In this document: piece after piece, positions 32,289 through 44,190 of the stretch
Numbering within the stretch: position 1 is the first letter of the stretch
How the letters are laid out: every line of letters starts with the position of its first letter
NCBI RefSeq assembly: GCF_009914755.1
Contig: NC_060929.1
Direction: 5' to 3' (one strand)
Source: the human T2T-CHM13v2.0 reference genome, Homo sapiens
DNA: 64,000 nucleotides
Notes under the pieces: generated by a model
Seen by the model: the letters and a program-made list of their open reading frames with translations, nothing else
Told to the model about the DNA's origin: nothing
Database searches by the model: none
Position numbers and translations under genes: made by a program

Positions 32289-33816
32289 CTTTGTGGTTAT
32301 ATCTACTTTTGGTCTTTGATGATGGTGATGTACAGATGGGTTTTTGGTGTGGATATCCTTTCTGTTTGTTAGTTTTCCTTCTAACAGACAGGACCCTCAG
32401 CTGCAGGTCTGTTAGAGTTTGCTAGAAGTCCACTCCAGGCCCTGTTTGCCTGGGTATCAGCAGCGGTGGCTGCAGAACAGCGGATTTTCGTGAACCTCGA
32501 ATGCTGCTGTCTGATTGTTCCTCTGGAAGTTTTGTCTCAGAGGAGTACCTGGCCGTGTGAGGTGTCAGTCTGCCCCTACTTGGGGGTGCCTCCCAGTTAG
32601 GCTGCTCGGGGGTCAGGGGTCAGGGACCCACTTGAGGAGGCAGTCTGCCCTTTCTCAGATCTCCAGCTGCGTGCTGGGAGAACCACTGCTCTCTTCAAAG
32701 CTGTCAGACAGGGACATTTAAGTCTGCAGAGGTTACTGCTGTCTTTTTGTTTGTCTGTGCCCTTCCCTCAAAGGTGGAGCCTACCAAGGCAGGCAGCCCT
32801 CCTTGAGCTGTGGTGGGCTCCACCCAGTTCGAGCTTGCCGGCTGCTTTGTTTGCCTAAGCAAGCCTGGGCAATGGCGGGTGCCCCTCCCCCAGCCTCGCT
32901 GCTGCCTTGCAGTTTGACCTCAGACTGTGTGCTAGCAATCAGTGAGACTCTGTGGGTGTAGGACCCTCTGAGCCAGGTGCAGGATATAGTCTCTTGGTGC
33001 ACCATTTTTTAAGCCCGTAGGAAAAGCACAGTATTAGGGTGGGAGTGACCTGATTTTCCAGGTGCCATCTGTCACCCTTTTCTTTGACTAGGAAATGGAA
33101 CTCCCTGACCCCTTGCACTTCCTGAGTGAGGCAATGACTTGCCCTGCTTCAGCTTGCACACGGTGTGCTGCACCCACTGTCCTGCCCCCACTGTCTGGCA
33201 CTCCCTAGTGAGATGAACCCGGTACCTCAGATGGAAATGCAGAAAACACCTGTCTTCTGCATCACTCACTCTGGGAGCTGTAGACCGGAGCTGTTCCTAT
33301 TCGGCCATCTTGGCTGCCCCTCTACTATTTTCAATACACATGTAAATGTAAAACTAAAGTTCTGTGACCAAGTTCACTACTCAGAAAATATTTTTATGAG
33401 ACCTTTGGATCAGAAAATATAGATTGTGGTCTATTGAGGTCTATGCTCTTTGGGGAATTGATTATATCAAAACAGATTTTATTATCTTACAGAGATACTT
33501 TGTAAACTATTGGCTAATTTAATTTCAGGTTATCCTCTTCAATTTTGTGTCCTCCCTGCTTATTAAATTCTTGGGCTCAGGTTAAAAAGGAAATCAAAAG
33601 ATCAGGGGAAGATAATATAAAACGTCAACATGCTTATCGAGGGACCCCCAACTTCTCCTCTTCATCCCCACTGTCAGCTGATGCCAGAGCCGCTGAAATT
33701 GTTCTTGTCAAGGTTACCATGATCACCAGGTTGCTAGATCCATTTGAATTTTCTATTCGTCCCATATCTGATATGACTTCTCAGTTCTTGAACTGTTTTC
33801 CATGTGTCTTTCAGGG

Positions 33817-33892
33817 CACTTGTTTTTTTCTACTCCCTAACTTGGCTGATCTTCCACTTGTTTTTTTCTACTACCTAACTTGGCTGATCTTT
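33817..33892 (+). repeat. 38-bp tandem duplication
   Basis: CACTTGTTTTTTTCTACT(C/A)CCTAACTTGGCTGATCTT(C/T) twice, 36/38 identical. Confidence 0.9.
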
Positions 33893-34116
33893 CTCAATAT
33901 CCTTTGCTGGATCATACTCTTCTTCATGGCCTTGAAACATAATGGGTCCTGGAGCTCAGCCTTAGACCTTTTCTCCCGTTATGCTTACTTCCATTTCTAT
34001 GACTCAAACACATCTACAGACTGATGATTCCAAAATATGTCTCCAGCTCCGTCATCTCTCCAAACTACTGACTTGTATAGGCAACTGACCACCTGACATC
34101 TCCATTTGGATCCTAA

Positions 34117-34453
<337 letters not shown>

Positions 34454-35339
34454 CAAAGCACAACTCTTAATCCTCCTCCCTGAAACTGCTCCTTCTGTAG
34501 ACTTTTCCAGGTCAGTAAATGGCAACTTCAATCTTCTAATTGGGCAGGCTAAAATTGCAAATGACATAATTGGTTCCTTTTTATTTTTTTGTTCCCATCT
34601 TATATCCAGTTGATTTCACCTTCAAAATCTATGTGGAACTGACCATGTTTTACTCTTCCTCCCCATCACCATGCTTCTGCCCTATTCTTCTGTTGTTCTC
34701 TTCACACAGTAGAGACAGTTAACCTTTTAAAAGTGAGTCGAATCATGTCACTCCTCCACTTCAAATCCTCTGCTGGTCCCCATCTCTCTCATTGTAAAAG
34801 CCGAAATTTTTACAAGGGTTTCTGGGGCCCAGCACATCCTGGATTCCCATTTCTCCTTTGGTTGCATCTCTCCCTAACCTCCTCCAATGTTCTGCTCCTG
34901 CCACATGGACCCCCGCATTGTTCCCCCAATACCCCAGTTACTCTCCCTTCTAAAGGCCGTTTTTTCCATCTGCCTGGAACACTCTTATCTGAGATATTTG
35001 TATAGCTCATTCCTTTGACCATGCCTTTGGCTACCATCATCTTTTTAGGGAGGCTTGCCCCACCAACGTAGTTAAAAGTCTAATCCTTCTAGCCCCCATC
35101 ACTCTCTGTCTTCTATCTCTGCTTTCTTTTTCTCTGCAATGTTTGTTGCCCTCTGACATAGTATACCTTTAATTTATTTACTTGTTTATTGCCTATCTGC
35201 CCTACCAAAATAAAAGCCCCATGAGGGAGGGGTCTTTGTCAGCTTTGTTCACTCAGGTTGTGTCCTCAGTGCCTGTCACAGTGCCTGGCACAGATGAGGC
35301 ACTCAATCAATATTTTAAAAAAATGAATGAATGGGAAGT

Positions 35340-37314
35340 ATAGTAATAGCCAGAACAATCAGGCAAGCTAAAGAAATAAAAGGCATCCAAATACGAAAAG
35401 AAGAAGTGAAACTATCTTTCTTCTCTCACAACATAATTCTACATCTAGAAAACCTTAAAGACTCCACCAAAATCTACTAGAACAGCAAGCTATTTTAGTA
35501 ACGTTTCAGGATACAAAATAAATATATAAAAAGTAGTAACATTTCTGTATACCAATAATGTCCAGGCTAATAATCAAATCAAGAACATAAACTCATTTAC
35601 AGTAGCCACAAAGAAAATGAAATACTTAGGAATACAGCTAACCAAGGAGATGAAAAATCTGTACAAAACACTGCTGAAAGAAATCAGAGATGACACAAAT
35701 AAATGAAAAAACATTCCATGCTCATGGATTGGAAGAATCAATATTATTAAAATGGCCATACTGCCCAAAACATACTGCCCAGAACAGATTCTACACTACT
35801 ATTGTTAAATTACCAACATCATTCTTCACGGAATTAGAAAAAACTATTCTAACATTCACGTGGAACCAAAAAAGAGCCCACACAGCTAAAGTAATCCTAA
35901 GCAAAAAGAACAAAGCTGGAGGTATCACACTACCTGACTTCAAACTATGCAATAAGGCTATAGCAACCAAAACAGCATGGTACTGGTACAAAAGTAGACA
36001 CACAGACCAATGGAACAGAATAGAGAACCCAGAAATAAAGCCACATGCTTACAACCATCTAATCTTCAACAAGGCTGACAAAAACAAGCAATGGGGAAAG
36101 GACTCCCTATTCAATAAATGGTGCTGGGATAACTAGCTAGCCATATGCAGAAGGATGAAACTACACCCTTACCTTTCATTATGTACAAAAATTAACTCAA
36201 AATGCATAGTAATTTAAGTGTAAGACTTCAAACTATAAAAATTCTAGAAGAAACCTGAGGAAATATCCTTCTTGACATCAACCTTCACAAAGAATTTATG
36301 ACTAAGTCCCCAAAAGCAATTGCAACAGAAACCCAAAATTGACAAGAGGGACCTAATTAAACTGAAGAGCTTCTGCGCAGAAAACAAACAAACAAAAAAC
36401 TGTTAACAGAGTAAACAGACAACCTACAGAATGTGAGAAAATATTTTCAAACTATACATCCAACAAAGGTCTAATATCCAGGAATCTATAAGGAGCTTAA
36501 ACAAAACACAAATAACCCCATTAAAAATGGGCAAAGGACATGAACAGACATGTCTCAAAAGAAGACCTGTAAGTGGGCCAACAAACACATGAAAAAAAAT
36601 GCTCCACATTGCTAATCATCAAAGGATTGCATCTCAAATCCACAGTGAGATACCATCTAATACCAGTCAGAATGACTATTATTAAAAAGTCAAAAACAGC
36701 AGAGACTGAGGAGAAAAGGAACCGCTTATACACCATTGGTGGGAATGTAAATAGTTCAGCCACTGTGAAAAGCAATTTGGAGGTTTCTCAAATAACTTAA
36801 AACAGAACTACCATTTGACACAGCAATCCCATGACTGAAATACATCCAAAAGAAAATAAATAATTCTACCAAAAAGACATAATGTACTCGTATACTCATT
36901 GCTGCGCTAGTCACAATAGCAAAGACATGGCATCAACCTAGGTGCCCCATAATGGTGGACTGGTTAAAGAAAATGTGGTATATATATATACAGTGGAATA
37001 CTATGAAGCCACAGGAATAATGAAATCATGTCCTTTGCTGCAACATGGAGGCAGCTGGAGGCCATAATCCTAAGTGAACTAGTGTAGGAACAGAAAACCA
37101 AATACTGCATGTTCTTACTTATTTGTAGGAGCTAAACATTGAGCACACATGGACTTAAACATTGGAACAATACACACTGCAGACTACTAGAGGCAGTAGG
37201 GAGAAAGGATGAGGCATGGGTTAAAAAACTACCAACTGGGTACTATGTTCACTACCTGGGTGCAATATACCCATGTAACAAACCTGCACTTTTAACTCCC
37301 ATATCTAAAATAAA

Positions 37315-37318
<4 letters not shown>
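35340..37318 (+). mobile_element. 5'-truncated old primate L1 (L1PA15/16-like), ~2 kb
   Basis: ORF2 remnant ([10 protein letters not shown]...[10 protein letters not shown]...[12 protein letters not shown]) and 3'UTR ending ATCTAAAATAAAAGTT; no poly(A) left. Confidence 0.9.
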
Positions 37319-37359
<41 letters not shown>

Positions 37360-37638
37360 AGATAGGGTCTTGCTCTGTCATCCAGGCTGGAGTGCAGTAG
37401 CACAATCATGGCTCAATGCAGCTTCAACCTCCCTTCTCAAGCAATTCTCCTGCCTCAGCCTCCTGAGTAGCTGAGACTACAGATGTGCACCACCAAGTAT
37501 GGCTAATTTTTTATTTTTTGTAGAGATAGGGTCTCACTATGTTGCCTAGGCTGGTCTCGAACTCCTGGGCTCAAGCAATTCTCCTGCCTTGGCTTCCCAA
37601 AGTGCTGGGATTACAGGCATGAACTACCACACCTGGCC
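37317..37638 (-). mobile_element. AluJ (AluJo-like) with a pure T42 tail
   Basis: GCACAATCATGGCTCAATGCAGCTTCAACC and CTCCTGGGCTCAAGCAATTCTCC; T run 37317-37358. Confidence 0.9.
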
Positions 37639-37899
37639 TCTTCGTTCTTTCTCTAGATCATTATATATATTACTGATAGAGATGATCAACAAAGATTAAA
37701 CCTGACAATATTGGTGGAATGACTGAAAAAGAGAAAATATGTTATAATGCCTACTATAAATGTTCAACATGTTAGATAGTGTGTTTACTACAGGTATTGG
37801 AAAAAAGTATGAGATTTCTTTTTGAATATCTGACAATATGCTATTCAAGAAAAGAACATATGGGAGAGTATTCATTCATGTGCCTATTGTATATCCTCA

Positions 37900-38110
37900 G
37901 AGTACATTGTCCATATCTCTATAAAAACCTTAGTTATGGCTTTACACATTTGTCTTACCGTTTAGTTTGTGAGTCCTCAAGAACAAGGTCCCTCTTAATT
38001 TTTTTACATTCAAGTCTGAACATAGTCTCTGGGACATATAAGATGGTAGTAAAAGGTAGTATTGCTATTATAAATCATTATTAGAACAAATAAATGTGTG
38101 TTGAATGAAA
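37900..38110 (+). mobile_element. L2 3' fragment
   Basis: TTAGTTTGTGAGTCCTCAAGAACAAGG...AATAAATGTGTGTTGAATGAA. Confidence 0.55.
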
Positions 38111-38978
38111 GTTATGGATATTAAATTCTCAAGGACTTTGGAAAAAGTAGAGATCAATATGGACTAGGTAAAAGCAACACAATTAAGGTAGATTATCTGG
38201 TTTATTAGGCACTATAAAAGGCTCCTAATCCAGATATTTTTGCTTAAAAAAGAGTAACACCCAAACTCATTGAAGCTTGAATTAGCCATAGTGTCTGCCT
38301 ACATTGATCGGATAATATGGATAACTCATCTCATTTCAGGTTATTGCTATGAAGATACAATCTTCACATCACATCTGTAATTACCTTCTTCCAGGACCGT
38401 ATTATAACTGCTTTCAGATTCTTTCAGGTGTAGAAAAAAGAAGGTATTAAATGAGAAAGAAAAAGATCTATTAGAAATTTAGAAGACAGGATAAAGCATT
38501 GTGTGTGCATATCTTTAGTAAACTGCTATTTTATGGCCCTCTCACAATATGTACCTTGGAATAAATATAATATACCTCTAACATAGGCATGGTAAACAAT
38601 GTTTGAAGACATGAGAAAAAATGTATAGATCTGAGATTCTTCTATATTTGATGGAAGCATTTCTTGCAGATTTATTGCCAATTAATCTTGAATTCCTTCA
38701 TCAGAAAAGGCAACTATCACTATTGCCATCCTTACTGACTCTTAATAATAGCTATAACTTGGTGCAACATACGCCATTCTGAGAAGTCATAATTTTTATT
38801 AATATTTGCATATTTTGTTTATCTAGCCCTGCCTGAACACAGTGTGAATTATTCCAAGGTAGTGATTAGTTCTTATGTCCATTAATATGCATTAATGCAT
38901 AATAGGCATTAATAGGACTCATTTATAGCTAAGTCTCCCGTGCAAATACGCCATTGTATGTGTGTTTTGTTGCATGTG

Positions 38979-39405
38979 TGTGGTGCCATGGAGAAGCACT
39001 GCTCATATCTCCCTTTGAGAGAACTTGCTGCGGGAGCAGAATTGGCTTGCAGCTTCTAGAAGCTGTGGCTATACCTTCAAATCTGCCAAGGCGTTCGTGT
39101 TGAGGCCATGCTTTCCCTGGCAATGACTGAGCATGACAGAGTTATCGGTGACAGCAGGTGCCTGACTCCCCTCACAGGCAGCCCCTGCTTGGGGTCTCCA
39201 TGTTGGCCTGGCTATTCTCAGAGCTGCACTGCAATCTGAAGTTCTTCCTACCCAATTTTTCTTCACTGTTGTCAGACATGCATTGCTGTCTGAAGGTTCT
39301 CTCTGCCTATTTATTCCTGCTCCTTCACAGGCATGTCTCTAATAAATCTCTTGCGTATCTCATCCTGTCTTGGTGTCTGTTTCTTGGAGCACCTGAATTG
39401 ACACA
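38979..39405 (+). mobile_element. ERVL 5' LTR (LTR16B-like)
   Basis: TGTGGTGCCATGGAGAAGCACTGCTCATATCTCCC...AATAAATCTCTTGCGTATCTCATCCTGTCTTGGTGTCTGTTTCTTGGAGCACCTGAATTGACACA, followed by a degenerate PBS (GTAGTACCAGAATTGG). Confidence 0.75.
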
Positions 39406-42400
39406 GGTAGTACCAGAATTGGTCCAAGAAAATAGTTGCAGAAGTGGTCTAAGAAAATATGGACTAAGTGGGGACTGGCTCACTTTCTGCCTGGTTGGTA
39501 AGAAGGATCTCACCCTGAATGGAACATGGGGCATAGATAATCCCTGGCACAAGCTAGTGGTCCAATTGCTGAAGATTTCCCCTGTGATGATTTGGGGAAA
39601 ATGTCCCAGTGGAGAGAAACACTTTTATCAGTGTGATGATTCAGGTATTTGAAAGATATGAGGGAATGATGGCTACAAGAACAATGAGGTTAGCTGGTGG
39701 TAATGATGCCTTTGGGAGTGAGGGACAATTGAAGAGAAACTGAGATAGTTAACGAACAGCTAAAGGCTAAATCTGAATGCCAGAGGACTTGGTAGTTTAC
39801 AAAGAGGCCCTTTTCCCCTGCAGTGGGAGATTGGACACAGCTAGGAGGCAGACTCAGAATGCAATGACATTTCAGAGTTTGGGATGCGTTTAAATGCTCA
39901 GCAAAGGCATGTCTGTTATGTTAATTTCAGGTCTTTGACTAGGAAAATCTGGGACCCTGAAATATGGGATAGAGACATCTGCATGGATGTCCCTAAGAAT
40001 TGTGGCTCTGCAGAAACCTTGAATCCTCAGAGCCTACAGGGGTGGCCCACCCCTCCGTAGTCACGCTAGCACTTGCCCCCATCTCCTCTCCTGGCTGTTA
40101 GATCCACAACTTGGGTTAAATCCAAGCATAATCTGGCTGGAGATATATGAGGCCTAATAAGGGAGAAAAGAGATTATACCCTGAAAGAGCTGCAAATATC
40201 GCCTGTCCTGTACCAGCAGGATTCACAGGAATATCACTGGGATTGTATTCTGTGGGGCCTTCATTAAGGGAACCAGGCAAAGGATTGTTTAAACCAGAAT
40301 TCATTGACTGGGGGGATCTTTCTCAGGACATGAAATATAACACGCTGGCAAGGATCCTAGGAGATGGGGCGGAATTGCTGCTGGGGTGACTCCTAGAAAT
40401 CGGCAGGAAGCAATGGCCCATGAGAAGAAAAGTGAAAATAGCAGAGTTTTTCCGACAGCTAGCAGAGGAAGAAATAAAAAGCCTTAGGAAAATGGGCCAG
40501 ATGGAATGAATATATTATGTGAGACCATAAGACCTACTGGAGAATTATGTTCTATGGGAAGGTCTAGAGGGCACACCACTCACCATGGCAATCAGGAATG
40601 TGCCAGTGAGATGGCACCAGCTTTGCTAAACCCAGTGGAGAGCCTCCACGGCAGGTCAGGGTAGATGGTAGGGCAGGTGAGTCCCAGGGCAGGGCTCATT
40701 AACAATCATGGTAATAATCCCTTCTCCGACCTCAAGTGAGGTCAGATGTTGGTATCTAACTGCCTGAAGCTGGGAGGTCATAATAACTATAATGATTAGC
40801 AAGGTTAGAGGTGCAGTCAAGGGGGCTTGACATGCATTTGGTTGTGAAGACAGTTAATAAAGCAGGGTATCTTTAGGGACAGAATAGACAGGCAGCCAAT
40901 AAACGTGCTGCTGAACATCTTTAATCAGAAGATAAGAATAGAACAGCAGGAGCATGAAGGTGATTCTCCAGTAAAAAAGTTCTTCCTCTGTTCTTGGATC
41001 TTAGCCAGTTTTCAAAACTAGAGCTCACTGACTGAAGAGTGGCTGGACCCCCAGGAAGAAGGACCTTGCAATACTGCAGCCAGAATATGCTGCGATGTCT
41101 CTTCTAATCCTTCTTCAAAAAGACCCGTGACCATTTACTTGGGTGACTGTACACTGGGGAAAGAGGAATTCTTAGACATTTTGAGGTCTATGTATATAAG
41201 GTATAAATTGACACCCGGAGCTCCAAAGCATCATTGTAGCCCCCTTTGTTAGAGTGGAGGCAAGTGAGACTGAAAATATAGTCCTGTTTAATGTCTGGCT
41301 TCCAGCTGGCTTATGGGTCTGCAGTCATGCCCAGTGGTTATTTCTCTGGTGTCTGAGTACATTACCAGAACTGATATACTTACCAGTGGAGTAACTCCCA
41401 CATCGGATCCTTGGCTATGGGATAAGTACTATCATGGTGGGAAAGGTTAAGTAGAAGCCTTTAAAACTCCCATTCCTCCATGGCCAAGAGTGTAAATCAA
41501 AACTAATTTCACATCCTGGGGAAGGGTGGAGATTAGTACCACCACTAAAGACCTAAATACTGCAGGGGTGATACTCTCAATCATCTCTATTTAATTCACC
41601 AATCTGGGTCCTACTCAACCTGGATGGATCCTGCAGAAAGACTGCAGACTAGCACAGATTCAATCAAATAGTAGCCCCAGTTGCTGCTGTTGTTTTGGTC
41701 ATGTTTTTATGACTGGAGGAGATTAATAAATCCTCAGCTACATGGTATATGGCCATTGACTTGGTGAAATATTTTCTATTGCAACCAGAAAAGGGGATCA
41801 GAAATAGTTCAGATTGTGGGATGGACATTATTTATCTAGAGTTTTGCCCCAAGGCTATGTTACATCTCCTACTCTTTACCATAGTATAATCTGAAGACAT
41901 CCGGACCACCTGACCATCCTGCAGATTGTTACATTGATCTTATATTGATGACATCATGTTGATTTGGCAGGACAAGCAATAGGTTGCTAGTATGTTGGAA
42001 GCCTTTGTTAAGAACATATTTTTCAGAGATAGGAAAATAAACCTTATGAAGATTCAGGTACCTACAATTTCAGTAAAGTTTTTTGGAAGTCTGATGGTCA
42101 GGGGTATGCCAGGATATCCCCTCTAAAGTAAAAGACAAGTGATTGCATTGTATATCCTCTACAACAAAGAAAGAAATATAGCAACCAAATGGGTTCCAGA
42201 GGCAGCACATTTCATAGGACTCCTGCTTTGGCCCATGTATTGGGCTAGGGGATCCAAGCTGCTTGTATTACAGCTCTACTGCTAGGGCTGTATGATATAG
42301 CCGCTGGAGTTGGAGGTGTTGGTGGTAGGAAAAGATTCAGCATGGGATTTATGGCAAGACCCAGAGGGAGAATCACGAAGAAGGCCCTGGAATTCTGTAG

Positions 42401-42456
42401 CAAGGCTATGCCATCTCAGTAGAAAATTACACAGTTATTTTGAGAATGGTTCTGGC

Positions 42457-42839
42457 TTCTATGGTTTGAATGTACCTCAAAGTTTACGCATTAGAAACCT
42501 AGTCCCCAGTGCAACAGCATTGAGAGGTGGGTCCTTTATGAGGTGATGCTCATGAGGGCTATGCCCTCATAATGTCATTATATCAGGAGTGGGTTTACTT
42601 TGCAGGAGTGGGTTTTTAAAAAAGGATGAGTTCAGCACCTTTCGCTCTTTTGCACAAGTCTTTGCTCTTTTGCCCTTCCACTTTCCACCATGGGATGCAG
42701 CAATAAGGTCCTTGCCAGGTTGTAGTCCTCTCAACCTTGGACTTCCCAGCCTTCCAAACTGTAAGAAATAAATCTCTGTTCTTTATAAATTACCCAGTCT
42801 CAGATATTCTGTTATAGCAGCATGAAATGAACTAAGACA
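42457..42839 (+). mobile_element. MaLR solo LTR (MSTD/MSTC-like) inserted in ERVL pol
   Basis: TTCTATGGTTTGAATGT...TTTATAAATTACCCAGTCTCAG...GAACTAAGACA; TSD CTGGC/TTGGC. Confidence 0.85.
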
Positions 42840-43172
42840 TTGGCATATTACAGTGTCCTGATTGAAATAGGATGCTTGACTACATGGTACCAAGTGACCA
42901 TGTATTATGAAGTCACGGGGAACCAGCAACAATGCCTCTTAAGATGGAAATTGTGCACCTAAGATTCAACCCATGCAGAACTAAAATGGCATGAATCAGC
43001 TGTATGAGCAGGTGGTCCAGATCTGCTGTCACCTATCATAATTGCACCAGCATCCCTGTCCCAGCTCACATTTATGGTCGTATGAGAGGGTCTTATATAT
43101 TTCATCTCAAAGAGGATGAAAAGCCTTAAACTTGATTTACAGATGGGCTGGCTCAATAAATTAGTGCAAGCC

Positions 43173-43196
43173 AAAAAAAAAAAAAAAAAAAAAAAA
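43173..43196 (+). repeat. A24 homopolymer
   Basis: Read directly; lies inside ERVL pol. Confidence 0.95.
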
Positions 43197-44190
43197 GACA
43201 GTGCCTGCATTATATCCAGTCAAAAGGGTGGCTTTGAAAGACAGTAATGAATGGAGATCCTCCTAATGGGTGAAGCTGTAAGTGGTGCATCCAGTCATTC
43301 ACTACATGTGGAAGAAGAGTGGCCACAGCTGGTCAGGGGCAAAAAAGACAAACAACTGGGAGATTAGAGACAAAGAAGCCTGGGGTAGAGGCATGTGGAT
43401 GGACATATGGGATGGGCCTCAAGTGTGAGACTTTTATGTCACACATTAATGCACACCAGAAAGCACTCACCACAGAAAAGTCCTGAAAACCAAATAGACA
43501 AAATTACTCAACCAATTAATGCCATCGTTGGCCATCATGGAAGTGGCTCAATGGGCACATGAGTGGAATGACTATGGTGGCAGAGAAATAGGCTGCACAT
43601 GGGCCCAAAAGTAGGGCTTCCAGTTACCAAGACTTACCTAGCCACTACATTGTTTGAATGCCCAATCTGTCAGAACATAGATGAATGCTGAACAACCGAC
43701 ATGACACCATTCCTCAAGAAGACCGCTAGTTGGGGCAAGTTTGCTACACTGGACCCCTTCTATCCTGGAGCTATCAGTGGTTTGTCTTCTCAGGATCAGA
43801 TATTTATTCTACCTGTTCCTGGTATGAGTTTGCTTTTCCTTCCCTCAGGGTCTTAGCCAGCAACACTATCCAGGGGCTTCTACAATGCCTGATCCACAGG
43901 CATGGAATTCTACACAACATAGCATCTGTCCTTTACCTTCACAGTAAAGGAATTGAAGGACTGGGCATATGACACTGGGATCCAATGGAAATATCAGAAA
44001 TTGCACCATATAGAAGGAATTGGTTTTGTAGAGCTTAGAAACTGAAGGGCCACATGAAGTGCTGCTTTGGAGGCAAAATTTTCCAAGGAAGAAATGCCAT
44101 AGTTCCAGAAGTATTACATGCACCAAATTAGATAGCTTTATATGAGGCCATGTCCCCAGTAGCAAGGATACATGGATCCTGAAACCAAGG

